A stretch of 64,000 nt of DNA, from NCBI GenBank assembly GCA_963704725.1, contig OY969934.1, positions 1,920,001-1,984,000 of the forward strand, given 5' to 3'. Below are positions 19,435 to 29,050 of this stretch, piece by piece. The DNA is from an uncultured Actinomycetes bacterium (GTDB taxonomy: Bacteria; Actinomycetota; UBA4738; HRBIN12). The position numbers and the translations under genes were made by a program. Within the stretch, counting starts at the first letter, position 1; every line of letters starts with the position of its first letter. The notes beneath the pieces were generated by a model. That model was not told where the DNA came from, did no database searches, and worked only from the letters and a program-made list of their open reading frames with translations.

Positions 19435-20946
19435 TCAGTAGGTCGCCGTGATCTCCTCGAGGTGACCGGCGAGCTGGTTCAGGCTCTCGGCCGCCGCCTG
19501 CGACTGCTGCGCGCCGGAGACGAACTGGCCGGTCATCCCGCTCACGTCCTGCATGGCCTGGGAGATCTGATCCATCCCCACGCGCTGCTCGTGCGCGGCG
19601 GCGGCGATCTGCGCGGCGGCCTGCGCCGTCTCGCGAACGGTGTCACCGAGGGTGCGGATCACCTCGCCGGCCTTGCCGGTCAGCTCGACCCCGTTCTCGA
19701 CCACCCTCGTGCCCTGTTCCGTCGCCGCGACCGCGGCGTTCGTGCCCTTCTGGATCTCGTTGAGGATGGTCTGCACCTGTGCGGTGGCCTGCTTCGACTG
19801 GTCGGCGAGGTTCTTGACCTCCGTCGCCACCACGGCGAACCCCTTGCCCTGCTCGCCGGCCTTGGCGGCCTCGATCGTGGCGTTCAGGGCGAGCATGTTG
19901 GACTGGTCGGCGAGATCGTTCACCGTCGCCGTGATCTCGCTGATCTGCCCAGTCTGTTCCGACAGGGCCAGGATGTCCTCGGCGATCGCCTCGACCTTCT
20001 CGCGGATCTCGTGCATACCGGCCACGATCTCCTCGACCACCTTGATTCCGTCGTCGGAGACCTGCACGGACGTCTGGGCCTGCCGCGCGACGTCCTGTGC
20101 TCGCTGCGCGGCCTGCTCGGCCGTGGCCCGTACCTCGTCGACGGTCGTCGTCGTCTCGCTGAGCGCCGCCGACTGCTCCGAGGCGCTGGCCGTGTGCTGG
20201 CTGACCGCGGCCAGGATCTGGCCGGTGGCCGCGCCGATGCTCTGCGCCCCGTCCTTGACCTTGTCCGTCAGCCGGCCGACGACCAGCCGTGCCCACAGGA
20301 CCACCAGGATGCCGAAGGCCAGGAAGACCAGCAGGATCACGCCGATCATCATCCGGGCGCCGTGGTAGATGCTGTCGCTTTCGGCGGCCGCGGAGGCGAC
20401 GCTCCGCTGGAAGTCCTCGATCACCGTGTCGAGGGCTGCGTCGACGGGGCCGAAGGATGCCGGAAGCTGGTTGCTGGCAAGGACGTTCGCCGACACGCTG
20501 TCGCCTCGATCGACGGCGTCCGCGAGCTGCTGATCGATCCTCAGATACTCCGCCCACAGGTTCTCGTAGGCGCCGAGGTCCTCCGCCAGGGATCCGCCCT
20601 GGTCGCGCGCGAGCGCGCGGAGCGCGGTGAGCGAGGAGTCGATCTCGTCCTCGACCGCGACCCGGGTCTCCGCGAGGTTCTTCCGCTGGGTTTCGCTGAG
20701 GAGCAGGGCGCTCTGCAGGGAGAGGTCGAAGACCTGGAACGTGGAGCGCGCCAGGATCGTCGTGTTCAGCAACCCGGCCGCGGCGACGTTCTCGATCCTG
20801 TCGGTGCTCTGCTTCAGCCTGCCGGCCTGCGAGATGCCCACCAGCCCTACGCCGAGCATCAGGATCAGCATGATGGCGAAGCCACCGATGAGCTTGTTCC
20901 GCATCGTGACCTTCATCGTCCGCACCCCCAGTTGTGGCCTTCGCAT
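19435..20946 (-). CDS. Methyl-accepting chemotaxis protein (WspA-like); start 20946 or 20916
   Basis: Two TM helices around a helical sensor domain; hairpin tip [23 protein letters not shown]. Confidence 0.92.
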   Translation of the reverse strand: MRRPQLGVRTMKVTMRNKLIGGFAIMLILMLGVGLVGISQAGRLKQSTDRIENVAAAGLLNTTILARSTFQVFDLSLQSALLLSETQRKNLAETRVAVEDEIDSSLTALRALARDQGGSLAEDLGAYENLWAEYLRIDQQLADAVDRGDSVSANVLASNQLPASFGPVDAALDTVIEDFQRSVASAAAESDSIYHGARMMIGVILLVFLAFGILVVLWARLVVGRLTDKVKDGAQSIGAATGQILAAVSQHTASASEQSAALSETTTTVDEVRATAEQAAQRAQDVARQAQTSVQVSDDGIKVVEEIVAGMHEIREKVEAIAEDILALSEQTGQISEITATVNDLADQSNMLALNATIEAAKAGEQGKGFAVVATEVKNLADQSKQATAQVQTILNEIQKGTNAAVAATEQGTRVVENGVELTGKAGEVIRTLGDTVRETAQAAAQIAAAAHEQRVGMDQISQAMQDVSGMTGQFVSGAQQSQAAAESLNQLAGHLEEITATY

Positions 20947-20960
20947 CTCTCGTCCACTCC

Positions 20961-21500
20961 TCAACGCGTCTCGTCTTGCACGATCAGGCTCGGATCCGCG
21001 AGCAGGGCACCCACGTCGAGCACCGACAGCAGGTCGGCGGTGACGCCGCGGATGATCTCGGCCCCCCCGCGACTCCGCTCGGTCATCGACGTGTCGAGCT
21101 CCCCCAGCGCCACCCGGGCGATCTCGGCGGCGTCGTCCACGAGCAGGGCGACGACGTGGCCCTGGTCGCCGACGACGACCAGGTGGGCGGCGGCGGGCGG
21201 GCTGCCGTCGATCCCCAGGCGGGCCCGCAGATCGAGGACCGGCACCACGGTGCCCCGCAGGTTGACGAGGCCGGCCCAGGCGACCGGCGTTCCGGGCACG
21301 GCGACGAGCTCGAAGAGCGGGCGGATCTCCTCGACGTTCGCGACGTCGATCCCGTAGCGCTCGTTGCCGACCGTGACGACGACGAGCGGTCGGGATTCCA
21401 CGACCTCATCGGGCGTGGGCGGCGTGGCGAGCGCACGAGCCCGCTGCTCGAGGACGAGCCGCAGCGAGGCGGCCCCGGGGTCGTGGAGGGGAGCGCTCAT
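20961..21500 (-). CDS. cheW: CheW adaptor (WspD-like)
   Basis: [10 protein letters not shown]-terminus; [31 protein letters not shown]. Confidence 0.9.
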   Translation of the reverse strand: MSAPLHDPGAASLRLVLEQRARALATPPTPDEVVESRPLVVVTVGNERYGIDVANVEEIRPLFELVAVPGTPVAWAGLVNLRGTVVPVLDLRARLGIDGSPPAAAHLVVVGDQGHVVALLVDDAAEIARVALGELDTSMTERSRGGAEIIRGVTADLLSVLDVGALLADPSLIVQDETR

Positions 21501-21502
21501 CG

Positions 21503-22909
21503 TCACCCCGCCACCGACGGCGCCAGCTGCCGATGCAGATCGACGAGCTCGCGGAGCCGGCCCACGGTCAGCCCGTCGCCCTCGGCGATGGGGTCGTCGA
21601 GGGGGCGACCCTCGAGCAGCTCGAGCACGTTGTCGAGGCTCTTGTCGGCCCTGGCCGTCTCCCCGCGGCTGCGGAGCAACGTGGCGAGGGTGAAGTGGCC
21701 GAGGACGAACCGGCGATCGGCGTACACGCACCGCCGGAGCGCTCCCAGCGCGGAGTCGGTCATCCCGCGCTCCTGGAGGATGAGCGCGTAGAGGTGATGG
21801 GCGGGCGCGAACAGCGGGTCCTGCGCGACGGCGACCGAGATCCAGTGCTCGGCCGCGTCGAGCTCGAGCCGGCTGGCGCAGGCCTTCGCCGTTCGGTAGG
21901 CGGCGATCGCATCCCGGGCAACGGGGACGCTCCGAGGGCGTTCGGGCTCAGGCCGGGGCGAAGGGCGGGACGCGCTCCACGTGAGCGGTGCGGGCTTTGC
22001 CGCGTCCGGGACCGACGGCTGAGACGTGCGAGGGGCGGGAGCCGGAGCGGGGGCGGGGGTCACGTCCCGGCGCCGGTACGCGATCGTGTCGGGGAACGGC
22101 ACGACGTCGAACCATGGGTCCGCGATCGTCCGCGAGGGCTCCGCGTGTCCGACCAGCAGCCATCCGTCCCGGGTGAGGGAGCGGTGCAGGCGCTCAGCGA
22201 CCATCGCGTTGGTCTCGTTGCGGAAGTAGATCAGGACGTTCCGGCAGAAGATGAGATCCATCTCGACGGTGTTGGTGATCAGGGAGGGGTACACGTCCTG
22301 CACGAGGTTCAGGTACCGGAACGTGACCATGGCGCGGATCTCCGGATCGAGCTCGCGGTCGGCCCCCGCGTGCCGGAAGTAGGCGTGCTCGAACTCCGGG
22401 GGGACCTCGCGGAACGACCATCGTCCGTACACGCCTCGGCGGGCCTTCTCCATGGCCCGCGGGTTGATGTCGGTCGCCAGGATCGTGACGTCCCATGACC
22501 TCCGCTTGGGCAGGAGCCGGTCGATCAGCATCGCGATGGAGTAGGGCTCCTCGCCGCTGGCACACCCGGCGCTCCACACGCGGAGCCTTCGCTGGGCGCT
22601 CCGGGCCTCGATCAGCGCCGGCAGGATCGTCGCCCGCAGCGCCTCGAACTGAGGGGCGTTGCGGAAGAAGTGGGTCTCGCCGATCGTGAGCGAGGCGAGG
22701 AAGGACTCGAGCGGAGCGCGCCCCGCGACGGGGTCGGCCAGCAGGCGAAGGAGCTCCCGATCGGTGGACGAGCCCGTGTCGAGGAGCGCCTGCGCGACGG
22801 CGCGCTCGAGGTTCGGTCGGTGGATGTCGCCCAGCTCGAGCCCGCTCTTCTCGGCCACCAGATCGCGGAACCGGGTGAAGGTCCCCGCGGCGAGCGCGAG
22901 ATCAGCCAT
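21503..22909 (-). CDS. cheR: CheR methyltransferase with C-terminal TPR (WspC-like)
   Basis: TIGETHFFR, WSAGCASGEEPYS, DLIFCRNVLIYF, Pro-rich linker, TPR-like tail. Confidence 0.92.
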   Translation of the reverse strand: MADLALAAGTFTRFRDLVAEKSGLELGDIHRPNLERAVAQALLDTGSSTDRELLRLLADPVAGRAPLESFLASLTIGETHFFRNAPQFEALRATILPALIEARSAQRRLRVWSAGCASGEEPYSIAMLIDRLLPKRRSWDVTILATDINPRAMEKARRGVYGRWSFREVPPEFEHAYFRHAGADRELDPEIRAMVTFRYLNLVQDVYPSLITNTVEMDLIFCRNVLIYFRNETNAMVAERLHRSLTRDGWLLVGHAEPSRTIADPWFDVVPFPDTIAYRRRDVTPAPAPAPAPRTSQPSVPDAAKPAPLTWSASRPSPRPEPERPRSVPVARDAIAAYRTAKACASRLELDAAEHWISVAVAQDPLFAPAHHLYALILQERGMTDSALGALRRCVYADRRFVLGHFTLATLLRSRGETARADKSLDNVLELLEGRPLDDPIAEGDGLTVGRLRELVDLHRQLAPSVAG

Positions 22910-23399
22910 CGGCCCGGTCACCGTTCGGGATCGTGACGTCGTCTAGCACGGCGCAGACGGCGGCGAGGTCCAGGATCAGGATCAGCCGGCCGTCCGCTCG
23001 CGCCACGGCGTCGATCTCGACCGTCGTCCGGCCGAGCGACTCCGGGCCGTGGAGGTCTCCCGCAGGGACGCCGAGCATCCCGACGACCTCGTCCGCGATG
23101 AGCCCGACCACGCGGTCGCCGTCGCGGGCCACCAGGATCGGCGTGCGCAGGTCTGGGGTGAGCGCAGGCACGCCGAGGCGGATGCGGAGGTCGAGGACGG
23201 GGATCACTCGTCCGCGCAGATCGATCACGCCGGCGACCGGATCGGACGTACCCGGGAGAGGGGTGACCGCGACCATCCGGAGCACCTCGGCGATCCGATC
23301 GAGGGGGAGGGCGTACTCCGACTCACCAAGGGTGAAGACTACGAAGGTCGTCGACCGCGCCTGCGGCGACAGGTTCGCGACCCCCGGTTTGAGCCCCAT
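22902..23399 (-). CDS. cheW: CheW adaptor (WspB-like)
   Basis: FTLGESEYALPL..GVIDLRGRVIPVLDL. Confidence 0.9.
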   Translation of the reverse strand: MGLKPGVANLSPQARSTTFVVFTLGESEYALPLDRIAEVLRMVAVTPLPGTSDPVAGVIDLRGRVIPVLDLRIRLGVPALTPDLRTPILVARDGDRVVGLIADEVVGMLGVPAGDLHGPESLGRTTVEIDAVARADGRLILILDLAAVCAVLDDVTIPNGDRADG

Positions 23400-23428
23400 A
23401 GGACACCCCGCTAGCTGCTTTCATCTAC

Positions 23429-23480
23429 CTATCGGAGGTGGGGCAGTCCGTCTAAAGGCGTACATCGAACGGACCGAGTA
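23429..23480. promoter_or_regulatory. Overlapping divergent sigma28/WhiG-like promoters
   Basis: Plus strand: TAAAG(23453)-N15-ACCGAGTA(23473). Minus strand: TTTAG(23456)-N15-TCCGATAG(23436-23429). Confidence 0.55.
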
Positions 23481-23497
23481 CCTAGGGGAAGGTTTCC

Positions 23498-24523
23498 ATG
23501 CCAGACACGGAGAACCCCTTGAGGGGCGAGCCATTCGTAGGGTCGGAGACGGCCCCAGGCGACTCTGCGCTTCGGCTCGAGGGCGCGCGCGGGCGCGCGG
23601 AGAGCCTGCTCGTCGTCGACGACTCGCCGACGATCGCCCGCCTGCTCCAGATGGCGCTCGGCCAGGCCGGGTACGACGTCCGTGTCGCCGGCACGGGCCA
23701 GGAAGCGCTCGACGCCGTCGAGGAACGGTGCCCCGACCTGATCCTGGCGGACGTGATGATGCCGGAGATGGACGGGCTCGAGCTGACACGTCGCCTTCGG
23801 CAGGACTCTCGCACCGCGAACGTGACGATCATCATGATCACGGCCCGGGGCATGTCGGCGGATCGGCTCGGCGGGTTGGCGGCCGGAGCCGACGACTACA
23901 TCTGCAAGCCGTTCGACCTCCCCGAGGTGTTGGCGAGGGTCGGCGGGGCCCTGCGCAGGTCCAAGGAGCTGAAGGCCCAGTCCCCCCTCACGCAGCTCCC
24001 CGGCAACGTCCGCATCGAGGAGGAGATCGACGCCCGCATCCGGGCCGGTGTGGAGTTCGCTCTGCTCTATGCCGACCTCGACAACTTCAAGGCCTACAAC
24101 GACCACTACGGGTTCGCCCGGGGGGACGACCTCCTCAAGCTCACGGCTCGCTTGATCCAGGACGTGGCCATCGAGGCGGTCGATCCCGATGCGTTCGTTG
24201 GGCACGTGGGTGGCGACGACTTCGTCATCCTGACGCGGCCGGAGCTCGCGCCGAAGCTTGCCGAGGAGATCATCGGGGCGTTCGACGAGCGGGCGGCGAG
24301 CCTGTACGACCCCGAGGACGCGGCGCGAGGGTACATCCAGCAGGAGGACCGGCAGGGCCGCCTGCAACGCTTCCCGATGGTCTCGATCTCGATCGGCGTG
24401 GCCACGACGGAGCTGCGCCGGTTCACGCACTACGCGGAGGCCGTCGCCATCGCGAGCGAGATGAAGTCCTACACGAAGCGGTCGTTCGGCTCCTCGTGGG
24501 CGATCGACCAGCGGATCTCCTGA
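23498..24523 (+). CDS. REC-GGDEF response regulator diguanylate cyclase (WspR-like output)
   Basis: REC domain (VVDD, DVMMPEMDG, KPF), then SPLTQLPGN, DLDNFKAYND and GGDDF; no RxxD I-site. Confidence 0.9.
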   Translation: MPDTENPLRGEPFVGSETAPGDSALRLEGARGRAESLLVVDDSPTIARLLQMALGQAGYDVRVAGTGQEALDAVEERCPDLILADVMMPEMDGLELTRRLRQDSRTANVTIIMITARGMSADRLGGLAAGADDYICKPFDLPEVLARVGGALRRSKELKAQSPLTQLPGNVRIEEEIDARIRAGVEFALLYADLDNFKAYNDHYGFARGDDLLKLTARLIQDVAIEAVDPDAFVGHVGGDDFVILTRPELAPKLAEEIIGAFDERAASLYDPEDAARGYIQQEDRQGRLQRFPMVSISIGVATTELRRFTHYAEAVAIASEMKSYTKRSFGSSWAIDQRIS

Positions 24524-24557
24524 GGCGCTCCGCCGGCGTCGGCTAGCATCCCCCGGC

Positions 24558-26159
24558 GTGATCGACTTCCTGGTCGACAACCCGTTCGTGCTGCTCTTCC
24601 TGGTCCTGGGGCTCGGGTACCTCCTGGGCAAGGTCCGGGTGGGCGGGTTCGGGCTCGGGGTCTCTGCGGTGCTGTTCGTCGGCCTCGCCTTCGGCGGGCT
24701 CTCCGAGCGGATCACCCTGCCCGAGTTCGTGTACCAGTTCGGGCTGATCGTGTTCGTGTACACCGTGGGCGTCTCGGCCGGGCCGGGGTTCGTCGCCGCG
24801 CTCCGGCGCCGGGGATGGGCCGCCAACCTCGTGGTGGTGAGCGTGCTCGTGATCGCGGCCGCGACGGTCGGGATCGGGGGCCGGTCGGCGCACCTGTCTC
24901 GGGCCGTGACGGCCGGCGTGTTCACGGGGGCCACGACGAACACCCCGGCGCTCGCGGCCGTGCTGCAGCACCAGGCCGACGCGGACGCCGGCGAGCGCGA
25001 GCTGACCGAACCGGTCCTGGGCTACTCGGTGGCCTACCCCTTCGGCGTGCTGGGGATGATCCTCGCGGTGTGGGCCGCTCGACGGCGATGGAGGCCCGAC
25101 GAGCCCGACGCGCCCGAGGAGGATCTGGTGAATCTGACCGTCCGCGTGACCTCGGCCGAGGTCGCCGGGCGGACCGTCGCCCAGCTGATGACCGAGCACG
25201 GCTGGCGCGTCGTCCTGTCGCGGGTGCGGCGCGGCGACGAGGAGGCGGAGGTGCCGCTCGGAGGCTTCGTGCTCGAGCCCGGGGACCTCGTGGTGGTGGT
25301 CGGGCCCGCGGCCGACGCCGATCGGGTCGTGGCGGCTCTGGGGGAGCGAGCGGCGGAGGAGCTGCCGCTCGACCGCTCGGACCTCGACATGCGGCGGATG
25401 TTCGTGTCGGCGACGGAACCGGTGGGGGTGCGCATCGCCGATCTCCGGCTCCCGGAGCGGTTCGGCGCGATCGTCACGCGGGTGCGCCGGGGCGACGTCG
25501 ACCGTCTGGCGAGGCCCGATATCGTGCTCGAGCCGGGGGACCGGGTCCGGGTGGTGGCGCCCCGCGACCGCATGGGCGAGATCACACGGTTCTTCGGCGA
25601 TTCGTACCGCATGCTCTCGGAGATCGACGTGTCGTCGTTCAGCCTCGGGCTCGTGGGGGGACTCCTGGTGGGACTGGCGCCGGTCCCGCTGCCGGGAGGC
25701 GGCACGTTCCGTCTCGGGCTGGCCGGCGGGCCGCTCGTGGTTGGCCTGATCCTCGGGGCGCTCGAACGGACCGGGCCCATCACCTGGCAGCTCCCGTACA
25801 ACGCGAACCTCACGCTGCGCCAGCTCGGCGCCGCGCTGTTCCTGGCCGGGGTCGGCCTCCGGTCCGGGTACGCCTTCGTCGGCACGGTGGGCTCGGGGGA
25901 CGGCCTCGCGATGCTCGTCCTCGGCGGGGCCGCCACGGCGCTCGCCGCGCTGCTCGTGATCTGGCTGGGTCGGGTGCTGCTGCATGCTCCGGTCGACGTC
26001 CTGTGCGGGATCGTGGCGGGCATGCAGACGCAGCCGGCCGTCCTGGCGTTCGCCGTCGAGCAGGCCGACAACGAGCTCCCCAACACCGGCTATGCGACCG
26101 TGTATCCGGTCGCCACGCTGGCGAAGATCCTCCTCGCGCAGATCCTCCTCGTCGCGTAG
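24558..26159 (+). CDS. AspT/YidE/YbjL antiporter with TrkA-C domains
   Basis: GATTNTPAL, YSVAYPFG and GMQTQPAVL duplicated membrane domains around two TrkA-C-like domains. Confidence 0.9.
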   Translation: MIDFLVDNPFVLLFLVLGLGYLLGKVRVGGFGLGVSAVLFVGLAFGGLSERITLPEFVYQFGLIVFVYTVGVSAGPGFVAALRRRGWAANLVVVSVLVIAAATVGIGGRSAHLSRAVTAGVFTGATTNTPALAAVLQHQADADAGERELTEPVLGYSVAYPFGVLGMILAVWAARRRWRPDEPDAPEEDLVNLTVRVTSAEVAGRTVAQLMTEHGWRVVLSRVRRGDEEAEVPLGGFVLEPGDLVVVVGPAADADRVVAALGERAAEELPLDRSDLDMRRMFVSATEPVGVRIADLRLPERFGAIVTRVRRGDVDRLARPDIVLEPGDRVRVVAPRDRMGEITRFFGDSYRMLSEIDVSSFSLGLVGGLLVGLAPVPLPGGGTFRLGLAGGPLVVGLILGALERTGPITWQLPYNANLTLRQLGAALFLAGVGLRSGYAFVGTVGSGDGLAMLVLGGAATALAALLVIWLGRVLLHAPVDVLCGIVAGMQTQPAVLAFAVEQADNELPNTGYATVYPVATLAKILLAQILLVA

Positions 26160-26281
26160 CGCACCGACCGGAACCGGGTATGGCGCCACGGCCGAGCACC
26201 GCGTCGTCCGGGTCGCGCGGTAGCCTTCGCGGACCCGGTGGGCGCGCGACTCGTCGGGACTGACGGGAGGCGAACGAGGCC

Positions 26282-27910
26282 GTGGTGACGTCGGGTGGAG
26301 GACACGGCTCGAGCGATCGCACCGTGCCGGAGGACCCGGCGTGGTGGCAGCGAGGCATCGTGTACCAGGTCTATCCGTGGAGCTTCGCCGACGCCTCCGG
26401 GGACGGGGTGGGGGATCTCGAGGGGATCCGTCGGCGCGCCGAGTACCTCCAATGGCTCGGCATCGACGCGGTCTGGATGTCGCCGATCTTCGCCACGCCC
26501 GGTGCGGACCTCGGCTACGACATCTCCGACTACCGGCGCGTCGACCCCCGGTTCGGGTCGCTCGCGGATCTCGACCGGCTGGTCGACGAGCTGCACGGAC
26601 GCGGCATCCGGCTCGTCCTCGACCTGGTCCCCAACCACACGTCCAATCGGCACCCGTGGTTCCTGGAGAGCCGGAGCGACCGCGGCGCGCGGCGGCACGA
26701 CTGGTACGTCTGGCGGGACGGTGCGCCGGACGGTCCGCCTCCCAACAACTGGGAGAGCTACTTCGGCGGCCCCGCGTGGACGTACCTGGACCCGCCCGGC
26801 CGCTGGTACCTGCACTCGTTCGACCGGGGCCAACCCGATCTCAACTGGGAGCACCCCGACGTCCGCGCCGCCATGGTCCACGTCATGCGCTTCTGGCTCG
26901 ACCGCGGCGTCGACGGGTTCCGCGTCGACGTGCTCTGGCTGCTGGGCAAGGACCCAGAGCTCCGCGACAACCCCCCGAACCCCGACTGGCAGGAAGGGCT
27001 CCCGGCCTATCTGCGGCTCCTCCGCGTCCACTCGGAGGACGGTCCCCGGGCCCACGAGTTCGCCCGCCTGCTGCGCACCGTCGTCGACGAGTACCCCGAG
27101 CGGGTGATGATCGGCGAGGTCGTGCTCCCGGCCGAGCGCGCCGTCGCGTTCTACGGCGCTGAGCTGCCCGAGGCGCACCTGCCGCACAACTTCACGCTGA
27201 CCCAGATGCGCGAATGGACGGCCGAGTCCGTTCGGGTCGCGGTGGAGCACTACGAGGGCGTCCTTCCCGACGGCGCCTGGCCGAACTGGCTCCTGGGCGA
27301 TCACGACTTCCCGCGGATCGCCTCCCGGCTCGGCCCCGAGCGGAGCCGCCTCGCGACCATGCTGCTGCTCACCCTGCGAGGGACCCCAACCTGGTACTAC
27401 GGGGACGAGATCGGGATGATCGACGCCGTGTTCGAGCGACCTCTCGGGGTGAGCGACCCCCAGGCCGGGACGGGGGCGGAGCGGGACCGCCTCGTCGCCC
27501 GGACCCCGATGCAGTGGTCGACGGAGCGAAACGCGGGCTTCTCGACCGCCGAGCCCTGGCTGCCGATCGCCTCGGACGACCCGGCGCTCACGGTGCAGCG
27601 CCAGCGGGACGACCCGGACAGCGTCCTGAGCCTCTTCCGCGCCCTGGTCCGGGCGCGGCGCGAGATCCCGGCGCTCGCCGTGGGGACGTACGCCTCGCTC
27701 CCGGCCCCGCCCGGGGTCTTCTCGTTCGAGCGGGGGCACCCCGCGGGGACGGTGTGGGTGCATCTGAACTTTGGCGACCGGCCCGCCGAGGTGGAGCTCT
27801 CCGGCCCCGGCGAGGTCGCGGTCTCGACCGACGCCCGGCGGGCCGGGGAGCGAGTGACGGGACGCGTCACCCTTCGCGCCTCCGAGGGTCTGGTCGTCCG
27901 GCCCGCGTAG
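26282..27910 (+). CDS. GH13 alpha-glucosidase
   Basis: WWQRGIVYQVYP, DLVPNHTS, GVDGFRVD, MIGE, DHD and YYGDEIG motifs. Confidence 0.92.
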   Translation: MVTSGGGHGSSDRTVPEDPAWWQRGIVYQVYPWSFADASGDGVGDLEGIRRRAEYLQWLGIDAVWMSPIFATPGADLGYDISDYRRVDPRFGSLADLDRLVDELHGRGIRLVLDLVPNHTSNRHPWFLESRSDRGARRHDWYVWRDGAPDGPPPNNWESYFGGPAWTYLDPPGRWYLHSFDRGQPDLNWEHPDVRAAMVHVMRFWLDRGVDGFRVDVLWLLGKDPELRDNPPNPDWQEGLPAYLRLLRVHSEDGPRAHEFARLLRTVVDEYPERVMIGEVVLPAERAVAFYGAELPEAHLPHNFTLTQMREWTAESVRVAVEHYEGVLPDGAWPNWLLGDHDFPRIASRLGPERSRLATMLLLTLRGTPTWYYGDEIGMIDAVFERPLGVSDPQAGTGAERDRLVARTPMQWSTERNAGFSTAEPWLPIASDDPALTVQRQRDDPDSVLSLFRALVRARREIPALAVGTYASLPAPPGVFSFERGHPAGTVWVHLNFGDRPAEVELSGPGEVAVSTDARRAGERVTGRVTLRASEGLVVRPA

Positions 27911-27916
27911 CGGGCC

Positions 27917-28585
27917 TCAGCGCACCCCGACCTCGTCGAGGTGGCGGAGGAGATCGGCGGGGTCCTCGTAGACCCGATAGGCGCCGGCGCGCTCGAGCTC
28001 CTCGCGCCCGTAGCCGCCGGACAGGACCCCGACCCCGAGGGCCCGGGCCCGCCGCGCCGCGAGCAGGTCCCAGATGCTGTCGCCCACCACCACGCACCGC
28101 TCGATGTCGACCCCCAGGGCCTTGGCGGCGGCCAGGAACAGGTCGGGGTCGGGCTTGGCGCGCTCGACGAGGTCGCGCGTGATGACGGGGACGCCGTCCG
28201 GCACCCCCAGGCGCTCGATCGTGGGGCCGGCCGACTCGCGGTAGCCGCTCGTGGCGATGGCCCAGGGCGTGCCCGTCGCCGTGAGCGTCCGCAGGAGCTC
28301 GACCGCACCCGGCAGGGGCCGGATGTGCGGCGCGTGGCGCGCGTAGGCGTCGGCGTGGGCCCGGCGGAGCACGGCGGCGTCCTCCGGGGTGACGTCGCGG
28401 CCGGTCTCGCGCAGGAGGGCGTTGGCGAACAGCCCGCCGCTCATCCCGATCTTGCGGTGGATCCGCCACACCGAGAGCTCGATCCCGGCCTCCTCGAGCG
28501 CGTCCCGCCAGGCGAGCACGTGCTGGTACACGCTGTCGACGAGCGTCCCGTCGAGGTCGAACAGGAAGGAGGTGGTGGCGTCCAC
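27917..28585 (-). CDS. HAD family hydrolase
   Basis: FDLDGTLVDS, KPDPD, VGDSIWD; TACGAT 6 nt before GTG 28585. Confidence 0.9.
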   Translation of the reverse strand: MDATTSFLFDLDGTLVDSVYQHVLAWRDALEEAGIELSVWRIHRKIGMSGGLFANALLRETGRDVTPEDAAVLRRAHADAYARHAPHIRPLPGAVELLRTLTATGTPWAIATSGYRESAGPTIERLGVPDGVPVITRDLVERAKPDPDLFLAAAKALGVDIERCVVVGDSIWDLLAARRARALGVGVLSGGYGREELERAGAYRVYEDPADLLRHLDEVGVR

Positions 28586-28639
28586 GACGCCATCGTAGAT
28601 GAGCGGCGCGAGGGACATGAGCCGATCGGCGATCCGACC

Positions 28640-29050
28640 CTACTGGTACTGGACGGCGCAGTTGATGAAGGTGTCGTTCCCGCCGCCACCGATGCAGACA
28701 TCCGCGCCGTTCCCGCCGCGGATCGTGTCGTCTCCATCCCCGCCGAGCATGCAGTCGTTGCCGCCCTGACCACGGATGGTGTCGGACCCGGCGCTGCCCA
28801 GGATCAGCTCGCTCTGCCCGGTGCCGCGGAAGTTACCCGAGCCGGCCACGATGCTCGTCAGGGTCAGGGCGCTGCACTGGGGCGGCGCGAACTCGCTCAC
28901 CAGATTCGCGTGGCTGAGATCGTCGGCGTGGGTCAGGGGCACGAGATTCGCCGCGGTGAGGCCGAGGACCGCGATGCCGGCGAGGCCGAACGCCACGAGC
29001 ACCCCGAGAAGGGAGACCCGTCGCACCCGCCGCCGCCGACGCGGTCGCAT
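28640..29050 (-). CDS. Secreted protein with hemolysin-type Ca-binding (GGxGxD) repeats; likely SipW substrate
   Basis: Basic then hydrophobic N-terminus, GLTAANLVPLTHADD, then GQGGNDCMLGGDGDDTIRGGNGADVCIGGGGNDTF. Confidence 0.8.
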   Translation of the reverse strand: MRPRRRRRVRRVSLLGVLVAFGLAGIAVLGLTAANLVPLTHADDLSHANLVSEFAPPQCSALTLTSIVAGSGNFRGTGQSELILGSAGSDTIRGQGGNDCMLGGDGDDTIRGGNGADVCIGGGGNDTFINCAVQYQ

